From contig JBKQVS010000178.1 of the NCBI GenBank assembly GCA_052139855.1, positions 1 through 59,576 of the forward strand: DNA of 59,576 nt, given 5' to 3'. Positions 47,467 to 57,316 of the stretch are shown piece after piece. The translations under genes and the position numbers were made by a program. The notes below the pieces were generated by a model. It saw only the letters and a program-made list of their open reading frames with translations. It was not told where the DNA came from and ran no database searches. Positions within the stretch are counted from its first letter, which is position 1. Every line of letters starts with the position of its first letter. Source of the DNA: Desulfobaccales bacterium (lineage in GTDB: Bacteria; Desulfobacterota; Desulfobaccia; Desulfobaccales; 0-14-0-80-60-11).

Positions 47467-48354
47467 ATGAAATCGCACCCGCTGTGCACCGGTTGCCTGA
47501 TCACCTTCCTGGCGGTCCTCTTTTTCCTGGGACTCTCCGGGGTAATTTTGGCGCTCCTGGGGAAGGGGACTCTCTTCAGCGCCCGGGAACGGGTAGGGGT
47601 GGTGGAGATCAAGGGTTTGCTCACCGACTCCCGCACCGTTATCAAGCAACTGGACCGCTACCGGGACGACGACAGCATCAAGGCCATCGTGCTTCGGATC
47701 AACTCTCCGGGCGGCGCCGTGGGGCCCGCCCAGGAGATCCTCCGGGAGGTGGAAAAGGTCAGGGCTAAGAAAAAGATCGTGGCCTCCCTGGGGACCGTGG
47801 CCGCGTCCGGGGGCTACTACATCGCCTCGGGGGCCAACCTGATCATGGCCAACCGGGGCACCGCCACCGGCAGTATCGGGGTGATCATTCAGTTCACCAA
47901 CATGGAGGGCCTGGCCAAGAAAGTAGGGCTGGACTTTTTCAACCTGAAGGCCGGGCGCTACAAGGACGTGGGCTCGCCCTTCCGTCCCATGACCCCGGAA
48001 GATAAGGCCTATCTCCAGGGTCTCCTGGACAACATCTACCAGCAGTTTTTAAGCGACGTGGCCCGCAACCGCAAGATTCCCCTGGCCAAGATGAAAACCC
48101 TGGCGGAAGGCCGGATCTACTCCGGCGAGGAAGCCAAAGAGGTGGGCCTGGTGGACGCGTTCGGCAACCTCCCCGACGCCATCGAGCGCGCCGGCCGTCT
48201 GGGCGGCATCAAGGGCAAGGTGAAGGCCGTCTACCCGGAGAAGGAAGGTTTCTCGTTGCTGCGCCTGATCCTGGGCCAGGAAGCCGAAGAGTCCCTGACC
48301 CAACTGTCGCTCCCCTACCCCGAACCGGCGTTTCTGCCCCCGTGGTTCAGATGA
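47467..48354 (+). CDS. sppA: Signal peptide peptidase SppA (36K type)
   Basis: INSPGG, AASGGYY, TGSIGV, GRIYSG. Confidence 0.93.
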   Translation: MKSHPLCTGCLITFLAVLFFLGLSGVILALLGKGTLFSARERVGVVEIKGLLTDSRTVIKQLDRYRDDDSIKAIVLRINSPGGAVGPAQEILREVEKVRAKKKIVASLGTVAASGGYYIASGANLIMANRGTATGSIGVIIQFTNMEGLAKKVGLDFFNLKAGRYKDVGSPFRPMTPEDKAYLQGLLDNIYQQFLSDVARNRKIPLAKMKTLAEGRIYSGEEAKEVGLVDAFGNLPDAIERAGRLGGIKGKVKAVYPEKEGFSLLRLILGQEAEESLTQLSLPYPEPAFLPPWFR

Positions 48355-48463
48355 GCCGCGGCGGCAGCGCCGCGCCTCTGAGCACGAGACGTTCTGAAGA
48401 TAGCGGCTCGTCTGACTAACCGGCTTTCCTCCAGGACTCGATGCAGTCCCCTACCCTCCCCCC

Positions 48464-49993
48464 TCAAGGTCGCGTAGCAGAACACATTTTTTCAATGGCA
48501 GCCTTGATTTGGCAGGCTCTCCAGCCGAAATCGGTCAAGCAGGTAACGCCTGCCTTCATTAAGGCCGCGTCATAAGGGTCGCGCAACAGGTCGACCACCA
48601 GCTCTTTGGCGGCAGGCTGGATGGCATCCAGAAGTTTTTGATTGGCGGGATAGAGATGCGCGTCAAAGCAGAAGAAGATGGTCAGGTCAGAATTTTTGGC
48701 CAGGTTCACGGCCTGTTGGATTTCTGCAGCCGCGGGCTCGATGGCGACAATCTGGATCGCGGGGTTAAGACCGAATTTCCTAAACTCATTGCGGACGAAC
48801 TCCTGTTCAGGCAAGACTGCCTTTTCAATCATGATCTTAGCATCGAGAGCTGAAAATCGCGGAAAGATAACCCCGAGGCTCTTTTCGCCGCGGGTGAGGG
48901 GCAGTAATTTTCTCTCATCCTGGAGAATCCGGACCGAGGCGCGGCAGATGTTGGCCGCCAGGCCGGGGCCTTCCGGTTCGGCGTGGGGTTCTCCTCCGGC
49001 AAATCTTTGTTCCCGCTTTAATTTTAATCTCCTGATCCGTGCGGCGCTCTCCTCCAGTTCGTTAAGTGGCAGTTGCTTGCGTCTGTAGGCCTCGAGAAGT
49101 TTGTAGTAAACTTCTTTCTGGGCGTTCAGGTCATGACAAACCAGGAGAAGGTCATGTCCCGCCTGCGCCGTTAAAATCCCCGCTTCGCCGATGGGGCAGA
49201 TGGCTTTAATCGCGCCCATTTCCAGATCATCGCTGGCTATGACCCCCGTGAAGTTGAGCTCACGCCGCAGGTAATCGTAAATAATTCTCCGGGAAAAGGT
49301 GGCGATCTTGCGGGGATCAGGATCGAGTTGGGGATAGTAGGGATGAGAAGACATCACCAGGTCAACGCCGGTTTCGATGGCCTTCACGAAAGGCTTAAGA
49401 TGCACCGCTTCCATCTCTTGCCAGGTAGAGCCGATGACCGGCAGTCCCAGATGGGCATCGACGGGGGCATGACCCTTGCCAGGAAAATGTTTGGCGCAGG
49501 CTGAGAGTCCGCCCTGCTGCATGCCGGCAATCCGCGCCGCGCCCATTTCCGCCACCAAGCGCCAGTCTTTGCCATAAGCACGTATGCCGATATTGGGACT
49601 GTAGGCCTCGGTCAAGACATCGAGTACCGGACCCAGATTCACATCCAGCCCCAGTCTTCTCAGTTCTTGCGCCTCGATCCCGCCCTGCCGCCTGGCATAG
49701 TCGATGGTTCCGGCCGTGCCCACCGCCAGATTGTCCGGGAACACGGTAATGCCGTCCCGGAACATGATGACCCGCCCGCCTTCATGGTCCGCGGTCACCA
49801 GCAGTTTGCGGCCCAGGGCCTCTTCCAGATCGGCAATCAGTTTTTTCAGCTGCGGGGGCGAGTCAAAATTGATCCGATAGAGAATCAGCCCGCCGGCATG
49901 CAACTCCTTAAAATGACGGACAATCTCAGGAGTGATCCTGGTTCCGGGAATACCGATGACCAGGCGTTCGCCCACAAGTTCGCCTAATTTCAT
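48464..49993 (-). CDS. nagZ: GH3 beta-N-acetylhexosaminidase
   Basis: DHEGGRV, KHFPGKG..DAH, SDDLEM, AGHDLLL; C-terminal domain ending in DPYD. Confidence 0.88.
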   Translation of the reverse strand: MKLGELVGERLVIGIPGTRITPEIVRHFKELHAGGLILYRINFDSPPQLKKLIADLEEALGRKLLVTADHEGGRVIMFRDGITVFPDNLAVGTAGTIDYARRQGGIEAQELRRLGLDVNLGPVLDVLTEAYSPNIGIRAYGKDWRLVAEMGAARIAGMQQGGLSACAKHFPGKGHAPVDAHLGLPVIGSTWQEMEAVHLKPFVKAIETGVDLVMSSHPYYPQLDPDPRKIATFSRRIIYDYLRRELNFTGVIASDDLEMGAIKAICPIGEAGILTAQAGHDLLLVCHDLNAQKEVYYKLLEAYRRKQLPLNELEESAARIRRLKLKREQRFAGGEPHAEPEGPGLAANICRASVRILQDERKLLPLTRGEKSLGVIFPRFSALDAKIMIEKAVLPEQEFVRNEFRKFGLNPAIQIVAIEPAAAEIQQAVNLAKNSDLTIFFCFDAHLYPANQKLLDAIQPAAKELVVDLLRDPYDAALMKAGVTCLTDFGWRACQIKAAIEKMCSATRP

Positions 49994-50048
49994 AGTGAGA
50001 TCATTTTAACCATGCAAATAATTTATTGATACGATAGTTTGGTGCTTT

Positions 50049-51572
50049 ATGGAAATCCAAACCCTTTTTTCAAGCGGCACCAGTCTGACCTGGCAGGATT
50101 ACACGGTCCTGTCAGCGCTTCTCGCTTTGCTGGTTTTTGTCGGCTTTTACTCCGGCAGAGAAGAAAAATCCACGAATGACTTTTTCCTGGGGGGGAGAAA
50201 AATCCCGTGGTGGGCGGCCGGTCTGGCGTTTGTCGCGGCTGAAATCAGCGCCCTTACCCTGATTGCGGTGCCGGCTATCGCGTATATGGAAAACTGGGAA
50301 TATGCCCAGTTTTTTATCGGCGATTTCCTGGCCCGGGTCGCCATCGCCTTTCTGTTTATCCCGGCTTTTTACCACTATAACTGCACCTCTATTTATGAAT
50401 TTTTAAAATATCGCTTCGGGCCGGAAACCCAAATCGCCGGCTCGATCCTGTTTTTCATCACGCGTCTGTTGGCTTCCGGCGTCCGGCTGATGGTAGCCTG
50501 TTTGGCGGTGAGCATTTTAGTCGGTTGGCCGATCCTGCCGACCATTGTGCTGTTTTCGGTCATCTGTATTCTCTATGTCGCCTGGGGCGGGATCAAGGCA
50601 ATCGTTTGGACCAATGTGATTCAAGGCCTGACGTACATACTTGCGGGAACGGTGGCCATCGGTTTCCTGCTGACGCACATTGACGGAGGCGCGGCGGCGG
50701 TGGTGGCGATTGCCGGCCACGCCGGCAAACTGAAAATCTTCAACTGGGGACCGGGGCTGTCGCCATCCGGATCGGGAGCATTCCTGCAGAGCCTGTTCAC
50801 GGATCCCAATCTCTTTGTGCTGGCGACTTTGAACGGGTTTTTTGGCTCGATGGCGGCATTCGGGACGGATCAGGAATCCATGCAGAGACTTCTGACCGTG
50901 GAAACGAGGCGAGGAAGTCAAAAAACCATGCTTCTGACCCCCATCGGCAGTTTTCTGATGATGATGATTTTCCTCACGGTTGGCGCGTGCCTCTATACCT
51001 TCTATGCCCAGCATCCCGGGATGGCGCTGCCGGCAAAATTGGACAAAATTTTCCCGCATTTTATCGAACAGGCGATGCCCCCGTTCATGCGGGGGCTGAT
51101 GCTGGCGGCGCTGGTGATGGCGAGCTTTGACACGCCTTTAGGTTCCCTGACTTCGTCATTTGTCACGGATATCTATCGCCCGGTACTGCATAAGTCGGGA
51201 ACTGAACGCCACTATCTGTTCATTTCCCGGGTATGTGTGGTGGTTTTTGGGATTATCTTGGGGTTCATCGCCTACTTTTTCAGCCATTTTGAAAAATTCC
51301 TCTGGCTGGCCTTTAAAATCGGCGGGGTCACCTACGGATCTCTCCTGGGAGTTTTTCTCCTGGGGCTGTTGACCGCAAGGCGCTGCAACCGGGTCAATGT
51401 CGTCGCCATGATTCTATCCGCCCTGGGAATGCTGGTTCTATTGATTCTTTCCGAGACGCGCCTCTTGCCGCTGGGATGGACCTGGCTGCTGTTGATCGGC
51501 ACCTTTTTGACTTTTACCACCGGTTGGATTTTCGGGAAAAAAGCCGAGGGAGCCGCGGAAAACTCCCCATAG
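50049..51572 (+). CDS. Sodium:solute symporter family protein
   Basis: DFFLGGRKIPWW, SIYEFL..RFG, GGIKAIVWT, GTDQ..MQR, SSFVTD. Confidence 0.9.
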   Translation: MEIQTLFSSGTSLTWQDYTVLSALLALLVFVGFYSGREEKSTNDFFLGGRKIPWWAAGLAFVAAEISALTLIAVPAIAYMENWEYAQFFIGDFLARVAIAFLFIPAFYHYNCTSIYEFLKYRFGPETQIAGSILFFITRLLASGVRLMVACLAVSILVGWPILPTIVLFSVICILYVAWGGIKAIVWTNVIQGLTYILAGTVAIGFLLTHIDGGAAAVVAIAGHAGKLKIFNWGPGLSPSGSGAFLQSLFTDPNLFVLATLNGFFGSMAAFGTDQESMQRLLTVETRRGSQKTMLLTPIGSFLMMMIFLTVGACLYTFYAQHPGMALPAKLDKIFPHFIEQAMPPFMRGLMLAALVMASFDTPLGSLTSSFVTDIYRPVLHKSGTERHYLFISRVCVVVFGIILGFIAYFFSHFEKFLWLAFKIGGVTYGSLLGVFLLGLLTARRCNRVNVVAMILSALGMLVLLILSETRLLPLGWTWLLLIGTFLTFTTGWIFGKKAEGAAENSP

Positions 51573-51799
51573 GTGCAGAATGATAGGTCGGCTCATAAGC
51601 ACAGCTACCGCTTTGCAGCTGCAATAGGGATAGTGTCAAAATGACTTATAACAGAAAACTCTCCACAGGACCTTGAAAGGAAAATAGCGCATACCTGCCA
51701 GATATGCGCGCCTCAAGAGGATTTGACAGGTTGCCGCTCTACAGATCAGATTGGCCGGTGACGCGATCTGAGGGGCAACATCAGGCGGGGAGGAAGGCT

Positions 51800-52501
51800 T
51801 TATTCTTTATATCTGAGCCGGTAGCCCACGCCGGGTTCGGTGCTGAGATAGACGGGGCGAGCCGGGTCGGTTTCCAATTTATGGCGCAGATGGTGAATAT
51901 AATTCCGCAAATAATGCGCCTGTTCATCGCTGCCGTGGCCCCAGACTTCCTTCAGGAGTTGCCCTTGGGTAATGACTCTGCCGCTGTGGCGCACCAGCAC
52001 GGACAATAATTTGAACTCGATGGGAGTAAGATGGATCTCTTGGCCGGCCAGCCAAACCATTCGGCTGGCCAGGTCAACCCGGAGGTCGCCAGTTTGGAAA
52101 ATCGGCCCCTCTTTGCCGATGCGGGATTGGCTGACATGGCGTATGGCGACGCGCATCCGGGCGGAAAGTTCTTCAACGCTGAAGGGTTTAGCCAGATAAT
52201 CATCGGCGCCGGCATCCAGGCCGTCCACTTTCTCCTTGTCCTTGCCCCGGGCCGAGATCACAATGATGGGGGTGTGGGACCACTCGCGGAGGCGCTGGAT
52301 CACTTCCAGGCCGTCGATATCGGGCAGCCCCAAATCCAAGAGGATAATATCGGGATTATGGGAGGCCGCCATGGTAATCGCCTGGGCTCCGGTGGTGGCC
52401 TCCAGCAGCTTAAAACCCTGGGCTTCCAGGGCGGCTTTGAGGAACCGGCGAATAGGCGCCTCATCTTCGACTACGAGCACAATCCAATCGGAATCGGCCA
52501 C
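51800..52501 (-). CDS. kdpE: KdpE response regulator
   Basis: LDLGLPDIDG, ALDAGADDY-like motif, HLTPIEF, LLKEVWG..QAHYLR, TEPGVGYR. Confidence 0.88.
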   Translation of the reverse strand: MADSDWIVLVVEDEAPIRRFLKAALEAQGFKLLEATTGAQAITMAASHNPDIILLDLGLPDIDGLEVIQRLREWSHTPIIVISARGKDKEKVDGLDAGADDYLAKPFSVEELSARMRVAIRHVSQSRIGKEGPIFQTGDLRVDLASRMVWLAGQEIHLTPIEFKLLSVLVRHSGRVITQGQLLKEVWGHGSDEQAHYLRNYIHHLRHKLETDPARPVYLSTEPGVGYRLRYKE

Positions 52502-52549
52502 TGCTTTGCTTCCCTCAACCCCAAAAAAATCATTGGGACTGAAAAGTGA

Positions 52550-54511
52550 TTACTCGTCCTGAACCTGTAACGGCAGAGTGAAGCGTACGGCTGCGCCGCC
52601 GCCGGGACGGTTTACCGCCCACATCCGCCCCCCGTGGGCTGCCACGATGGCTCGACAGATGGACAGCCCTAAACCGTAACCTTTCTGGCCAAAGTTTTTG
52701 GTGCCCCGATCAAACATCTCAAAAATCTTTTCCAGATTGTCCGGGGGAAATCCAGGGCCACGGTCGCCCACCTCCACTTCAATCTCCTGGTCGTTCCGGA
52801 CGGCCGTAATGGCCAAGGGAGAGCCCGGAGGCGTATACTTCAGCGAATTTTCCAACAAATTAATGAAGATGTGCTCTGCCAAGGCCGAATCCAGCGGCAC
52901 CATGGGGAGGTCAGCCGGCAGCGAAGTCTCGATGGGCCGGTCGGCCAGCTTTTTCTCCAGGCGGTTTAAGGCGGCCCCGACCACTTCTTCCAGCGGTTGC
53001 AACTCCTTGCGGAGCTTGAGGGAGCCGGACTCCAGCATGGCGATATCCAGGAGGTTGTTGACCAAGCGGCTCAGCCGGTCAGCCTCATCATAGATGTTGG
53101 TCAGCATCTCCTGGGCCTGCCGGGTATCCAGCCGGCTCTGCAAATCCAACAGGCTGCTGGCGGACCCCATGATGGCCGCTAAAGGCGTTTGAAAATCATG
53201 GGTGACCGAGCCCAACAAGGAGGCGCGCAAACATTCGGTTTCTGCGGCCACCTGGGCTTCCAAGGCGGTCTTTTGCAGGCGCTCCACTCCCAGGGCCAGG
53301 GCGACTTGCTTGGCGAGAGATTCAAGAAAGCGGAGGCGCAATTGCTCCGGTAACAGCCACTGTTCAGATTCAGGATCCCGGGGCCGCAGGGCCAGGACCC
53401 CTAAAGTAGCGTTGGCCCCTGGCAGAGGCACATAGAGAATGGGGGAGTCCGGCATGCTTTGAGTCCCCCACCCGGCCATATGTCCGGTCTGGTATGCCCC
53501 TTGGGCCACCCCCAGTTCTTTGAGGAAATCCTTGTGAAAGACGGAAGAAAGATCACCCGCAACCACCTGCAACTTGCCCTTTTCGTCCGGCAGCAGCGCT
53601 ACTGCCTGGCACTGAAAAATCTCCGAGATGTTTTGCACCGCGACCTGCAAAATTTTCTCAACGCCCCGGGTGCTGGCGAGCTGCTGGCTGAGGGCGTGCA
53701 TGGCCGCGGTCTGGCGCTCCTGTAAACGGGCGGCCTCGGCTTGTCGCTTGATCAGGGTGGCCAGATGGCTGATTACCACCGCGGTCAGGAACATCACCCC
53801 AAAGGTCACGAGGTATTTGGCTTCATCTACCGTGAAGGACCAGCGGGGAGGGACAAAGCAGAAATCAAAGGCCAGCACGCTGAGAAGAGAATTAAGGATA
53901 GCCGGCCCCCGGCCGCAATGAATGGCGGTAGCCATCACTCCCAGCAAATACATCATAATGAGATTGGGGAGGTCGAAGTAAGGATACATCAAAAACGCCA
54001 AGCCGGTGGCCAGGATAAGGTAGATGAAGGCCATTTCATATCCGGGCAAGCGCATGAGTCTCGGTTGCAGCAGGACCGGTGCCTCTATCGTTTCTCCCGG
54101 CTCTCCGCTGATGACATAAACATCGATCTCACCGCTCAGGCGGGTCAATTCATTGAGCGGACTCCCGGAGAGGATATCTCTCCAACGGGAGCGAGTCGGC
54201 TTGCCGGCCACAATCTTATGGATTTGCCGCTGGCGGGCGAAGTTGACAATCTCTGCGGCGATGCGACGGCCTCTCAAGGTGACGGTTTCGGCGCCTAATT
54301 GCTCGGCCAGGCGCAGATTATAGACGGCGCGGTGACGCTCGGCCTCGGGCAACCGCAGCATCTTGGGGTTCTCGACGTATACGGCAAACCATTCAGCCTG
54401 TAAACCAGCGGCCATCCTCTTTGCGGCCCTGATCAGATCGGCGCAGGCCGGGCTGGGTCCGACGCATACCAGGAGCCTTTCTTTCAGAGGCGTTACCTTG
54501 TCGGTCATCAC
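52550..54511 (-). CDS. kdpD: KdpD-type sensor kinase lacking the N-terminal KdpD domain (USP-TM-GAF-HisKA-HATPase)
   Basis: Begins at USP (ERLLVCVGPSP), AFDFCFVPP..F TM signature, HDFQTPL, NLLENS, G.GLGLSIC; GGGGAG SD. Confidence 0.85.
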   Translation of the reverse strand: MMTDKVTPLKERLLVCVGPSPACADLIRAAKRMAAGLQAEWFAVYVENPKMLRLPEAERHRAVYNLRLAEQLGAETVTLRGRRIAAEIVNFARQRQIHKIVAGKPTRSRWRDILSGSPLNELTRLSGEIDVYVISGEPGETIEAPVLLQPRLMRLPGYEMAFIYLILATGLAFLMYPYFDLPNLIMMYLLGVMATAIHCGRGPAILNSLLSVLAFDFCFVPPRWSFTVDEAKYLVTFGVMFLTAVVISHLATLIKRQAEAARLQERQTAAMHALSQQLASTRGVEKILQVAVQNISEIFQCQAVALLPDEKGKLQVVAGDLSSVFHKDFLKELGVAQGAYQTGHMAGWGTQSMPDSPILYVPLPGANATLGVLALRPRDPESEQWLLPEQLRLRFLESLAKQVALALGVERLQKTALEAQVAAETECLRASLLGSVTHDFQTPLAAIMGSASSLLDLQSRLDTRQAQEMLTNIYDEADRLSRLVNNLLDIAMLESGSLKLRKELQPLEEVVGAALNRLEKKLADRPIETSLPADLPMVPLDSALAEHIFINLLENSLKYTPPGSPLAITAVRNDQEIEVEVGDRGPGFPPDNLEKIFEMFDRGTKNFGQKGYGLGLSICRAIVAAHGGRMWAVNRPGGGAAVRFTLPLQVQDE

Positions 54512-54567
54512 AAAACTCCCCGGGTCTGAGTCTGATTAATCCTGCATCATCAGTGTAGATCATAAGT

Positions 54568-54616
54568 TGTCAAAGGTTTGTAAAATTCCTGCCCCTGAGC
54601 GTAAAAATTTCGTAAA
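54568..54616 (-). promoter_or_regulatory. KdpE/OmpR-type tandem boxes
   Basis: TTTACG-N5-TTTACG (54616-54600) and TTTACA-N5-TTGACA (54584-54568), 11-bp period; E. coli KdpE site is TTTATA-N5-TTTACA. Confidence 0.55.
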
Positions 54617-54998
54617 AACCGGATGACCTTTATTAGCCCGGCCGGCGCCTGGTTATCAACTTGTCATAATAATAGCATTGACCAGATCTGTAATTCTTAT
54701 GGTTAAACATCAGCTTTTATCAGGCGATGACAGCATCAGCCGTAGCCTTGACAAACTCATTGAGCCATCCATGCCGACATTATTGGTTCAGGAGGATTTC
54801 TGGCGGGCCTAGCGGTTTACTGAGATAAGGATGAACCAGCGGAGCATGGATAGATCTCGCGGGGATCAATCAGAATAATTGGTAGGTGAGATGGTTAGCC
54901 TCGCGGCAGCCCAGACCCGGCCGGCATTGGCCTCATAGTCCGCACTTCCGGGTTAAAGCCGATCTCGATGTAATCGTTGGTAAGGATCGTCGCCTGGT

Positions 54999-55604
54999 TC
55001 ATGCAAAGGCACTCACGTCCCCCTTGCCTTCCCGGATGACCTCAGGCACGTCGTCGATCATGGCGATGACGCTGGAGGGCTCCGGCAAGACGATGCCGCC
55101 GTCGATGACCAGGGCCAGGTCCTTGAACTTGAGTTCGATCTCGTAGGGGTCGCTCTCCACCGGTTCATCCGGAAGAGCCGCGGTGGTGGTAATGATGGGG
55201 TGGCCCAGCAAGCCCACCAGCCCCAGGGCGATGGGGTGGTCCGGCACCCGGATGCCCACGGTGCGCCGCCTGGTCTGGAGGATTTTGGGCACCTGGCGGG
55301 AGGCCTCCAGCACAAAGGTGTAGGGCCCGGGCAAGAGCCGCTTCATGGCCTTGTAAGCGTAGTTGCCCACCAGGGCGTATTCGCTGATGTTCTTCAAATC
55401 CCGGCAGATGAAGCTGAAAGGCTTGTTCAGGGGCCGGCGCTTGATCTGGTAAATCCGGTTAATGCCCTTGAGGTTATAGAGGTCGCAGCCCACCGCGTAA
55501 CAGGTATCGGTGGGATAGGCGATGAGACCGCCCCCGGTGAGCACCTCCACGGCCTTGCGCAGCAGGCGCTCCTGGGGATTGTCGGGGTTTATCTTGATGA
55601 TCAT
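54999..55604 (-). CDS. tsaC: Threonylcarbamoyl-AMP synthase (Sua5/YrdC family)
   Basis: AYPTDT.Y, IKRRP..KP, LPGPYT, TVGIRVPD, REGKG. Confidence 0.9.
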   Translation of the reverse strand: MIIKINPDNPQERLLRKAVEVLTGGGLIAYPTDTCYAVGCDLYNLKGINRIYQIKRRPLNKPFSFICRDLKNISEYALVGNYAYKAMKRLLPGPYTFVLEASRQVPKILQTRRRTVGIRVPDHPIALGLVGLLGHPIITTTAALPDEPVESDPYEIELKFKDLALVIDGGIVLPEPSSVIAMIDDVPEVIREGKGDVSAFA

Positions 55605-55772
55605 GCCTGCCTTCTCTCAGATGGGCGCTGCAGCAGGGGGGACCGGCGTGTCCGCTCTCCTTGCGGGCCGACACGCTTGCCAGCCTCCACATAACCATGA
55701 AGGCCCCAGGACTCCCGGGGTGCACGGCGTATCTCCCCCCGGTGGTCCTGGGGCCCTGTGGGCGTCAGGTCC

Positions 55773-57233
55773 TCAGTTGCGCGGCTTTTTGCCTTTGGCG
55801 GCCTTGCCTCCGGCCTTGGTGGTTTTTTTCTTGCCCGCCGCCGGTTTCGATTCGCCGCTGGCGGCGGCCGCAGCCGGGGCCCCGACCTGGGCCCAGATCC
55901 CTCCCACCTGGTCCTTGAGCCAGTGGGGATCCCACCATTCCAGGGGATCCACAAATTCGCCCTGGAGGTTGATGGCGAAATGGAGGTGGTCACCTGCCGC
56001 CAAGCCCGTGGTGCCAGTGTGTCCCAGGACCGCGCCTTTTTCCAGTTTGTCTCCCACCTTCACGCCAATCTGGCTCAGGTGGCTGTAGCTGGAAAAGACT
56101 CCCAGGCCGTGGTCCAGGATCACCGTTTGGCCGTAAATTCCCAGGGGTTCGGCGTAGACCACCACGCCGTTGTTGCCGGCGTACACCGGGCTATTCACCA
56201 GGGAGGCCAGGTCTTCACCCAGGTGGGTCTGCTGATCCACGGCTTTGCCCTGGTACAGGTAGGTGCGCCGGTCCCCGAAGCGGGCCATGGGCTTCCCGAA
56301 AAACCGCTTAAAAGCCCCGGACCACAAGGGTGTGGGGCTGGTTTGAGAAGAAATTTTACGGAATAGCTCGTGATTCTGGTCCCTTACCTTCCGGTTGACG
56401 TCCAGGAAGGAGCCCAGGAGGTCGTTGGGGTTGGCCACCGGGAAGCTTCCCGCCACCTTGCGCAGAAACCCATCGGGGAGGTTGAGGCTGTCGTGGCGCC
56501 ACGGCCGCGGCTTGGCATGCAAAGCCACCGCCTGCTTGATTTCGTTGCCCAGGGACGGCCGGGCCACCAGTTCCACCCGGAAGGCAGCCGGACCTTCCTG
56601 GGGCACCGGGAACAACACCACGTATTCCCCCTTGGTCCCCTTGGGGTTGGGAAAACCCTGATAGAACCGGTTCCCCACCAGGACCCCGGACTCCTTGACC
56701 TCTTTGTTGAGGCGGTAGCAGATGGTGCCGGTGCCCCCGGCATGGAGCAGGTGGCTGGCCGCCTGAAACTCCAGCTTGGCGGGCACCAGGTCGATGACCA
56801 CCTCCTGGCTGAGGGTCGCCATGCGGCCCTGGAAAAGGTTCCGCCAGGACCGGTCCCGGGCCTCGACGGTCAGGGTGGCCTTGCCCTCTTTGAACCCCAG
56901 GGCCTGGGGCTCCAGGGTCACCGGGATCTCCACTTGCTCACCCGGGCCCCCTCCCGGCGGAAAGGGGCGCGTTAGCACCACCTTACTCCGGTCCCCCTGG
57001 GAAAAGGTGACCTTGACCTCTCTTAAACCGCTGGTCAGGTCTCCTGCGTCAATGGTCAGGACGGTTTTAGCGCCCACCACTTCCACCGGGGTTTTCAGGG
57101 TCACCGTGGGGTCGTCAAAGTCCAGGCGCCCCGCGGCCAGCCAGATCAGGACGGCGACGAGAACCAGGCCCGCCGCGCCCCAGAAAACGTACCCGAGTTT
57201 ACGTCCCCAATGCGGTTTCAACATCTTGCCCAT
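55773..57233 (-). CDS. M23 family metallopeptidase, membrane-anchored
   Basis: HLGED (HxxxD), YSHLS, TGLA.GDHLH (HxH). Confidence 0.9.
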   Translation of the reverse strand: MGKMLKPHWGRKLGYVFWGAAGLVLVAVLIWLAAGRLDFDDPTVTLKTPVEVVGAKTVLTIDAGDLTSGLREVKVTFSQGDRSKVVLTRPFPPGGGPGEQVEIPVTLEPQALGFKEGKATLTVEARDRSWRNLFQGRMATLSQEVVIDLVPAKLEFQAASHLLHAGGTGTICYRLNKEVKESGVLVGNRFYQGFPNPKGTKGEYVVLFPVPQEGPAAFRVELVARPSLGNEIKQAVALHAKPRPWRHDSLNLPDGFLRKVAGSFPVANPNDLLGSFLDVNRKVRDQNHELFRKISSQTSPTPLWSGAFKRFFGKPMARFGDRRTYLYQGKAVDQQTHLGEDLASLVNSPVYAGNNGVVVYAEPLGIYGQTVILDHGLGVFSSYSHLSQIGVKVGDKLEKGAVLGHTGTTGLAAGDHLHFAINLQGEFVDPLEWWDPHWLKDQVGGIWAQVGAPAAAAASGESKPAAGKKKTTKAGGKAAKGKKPRN

Positions 57234-57316
57234 GGGTGTATAGTACCAGGTATAGGCCCGGGGAGCAAGGAAAGCCGGGGCCTGACAAGATTTCTCCATA
57301 CGAACGGAGATGGCCC

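Noticed and set aside
57240-57256. CsoR-like palindrome TACC-A-GGTA before copA
   Set aside because: Too short and lacks the G/C-tract spacer of CsoR operators
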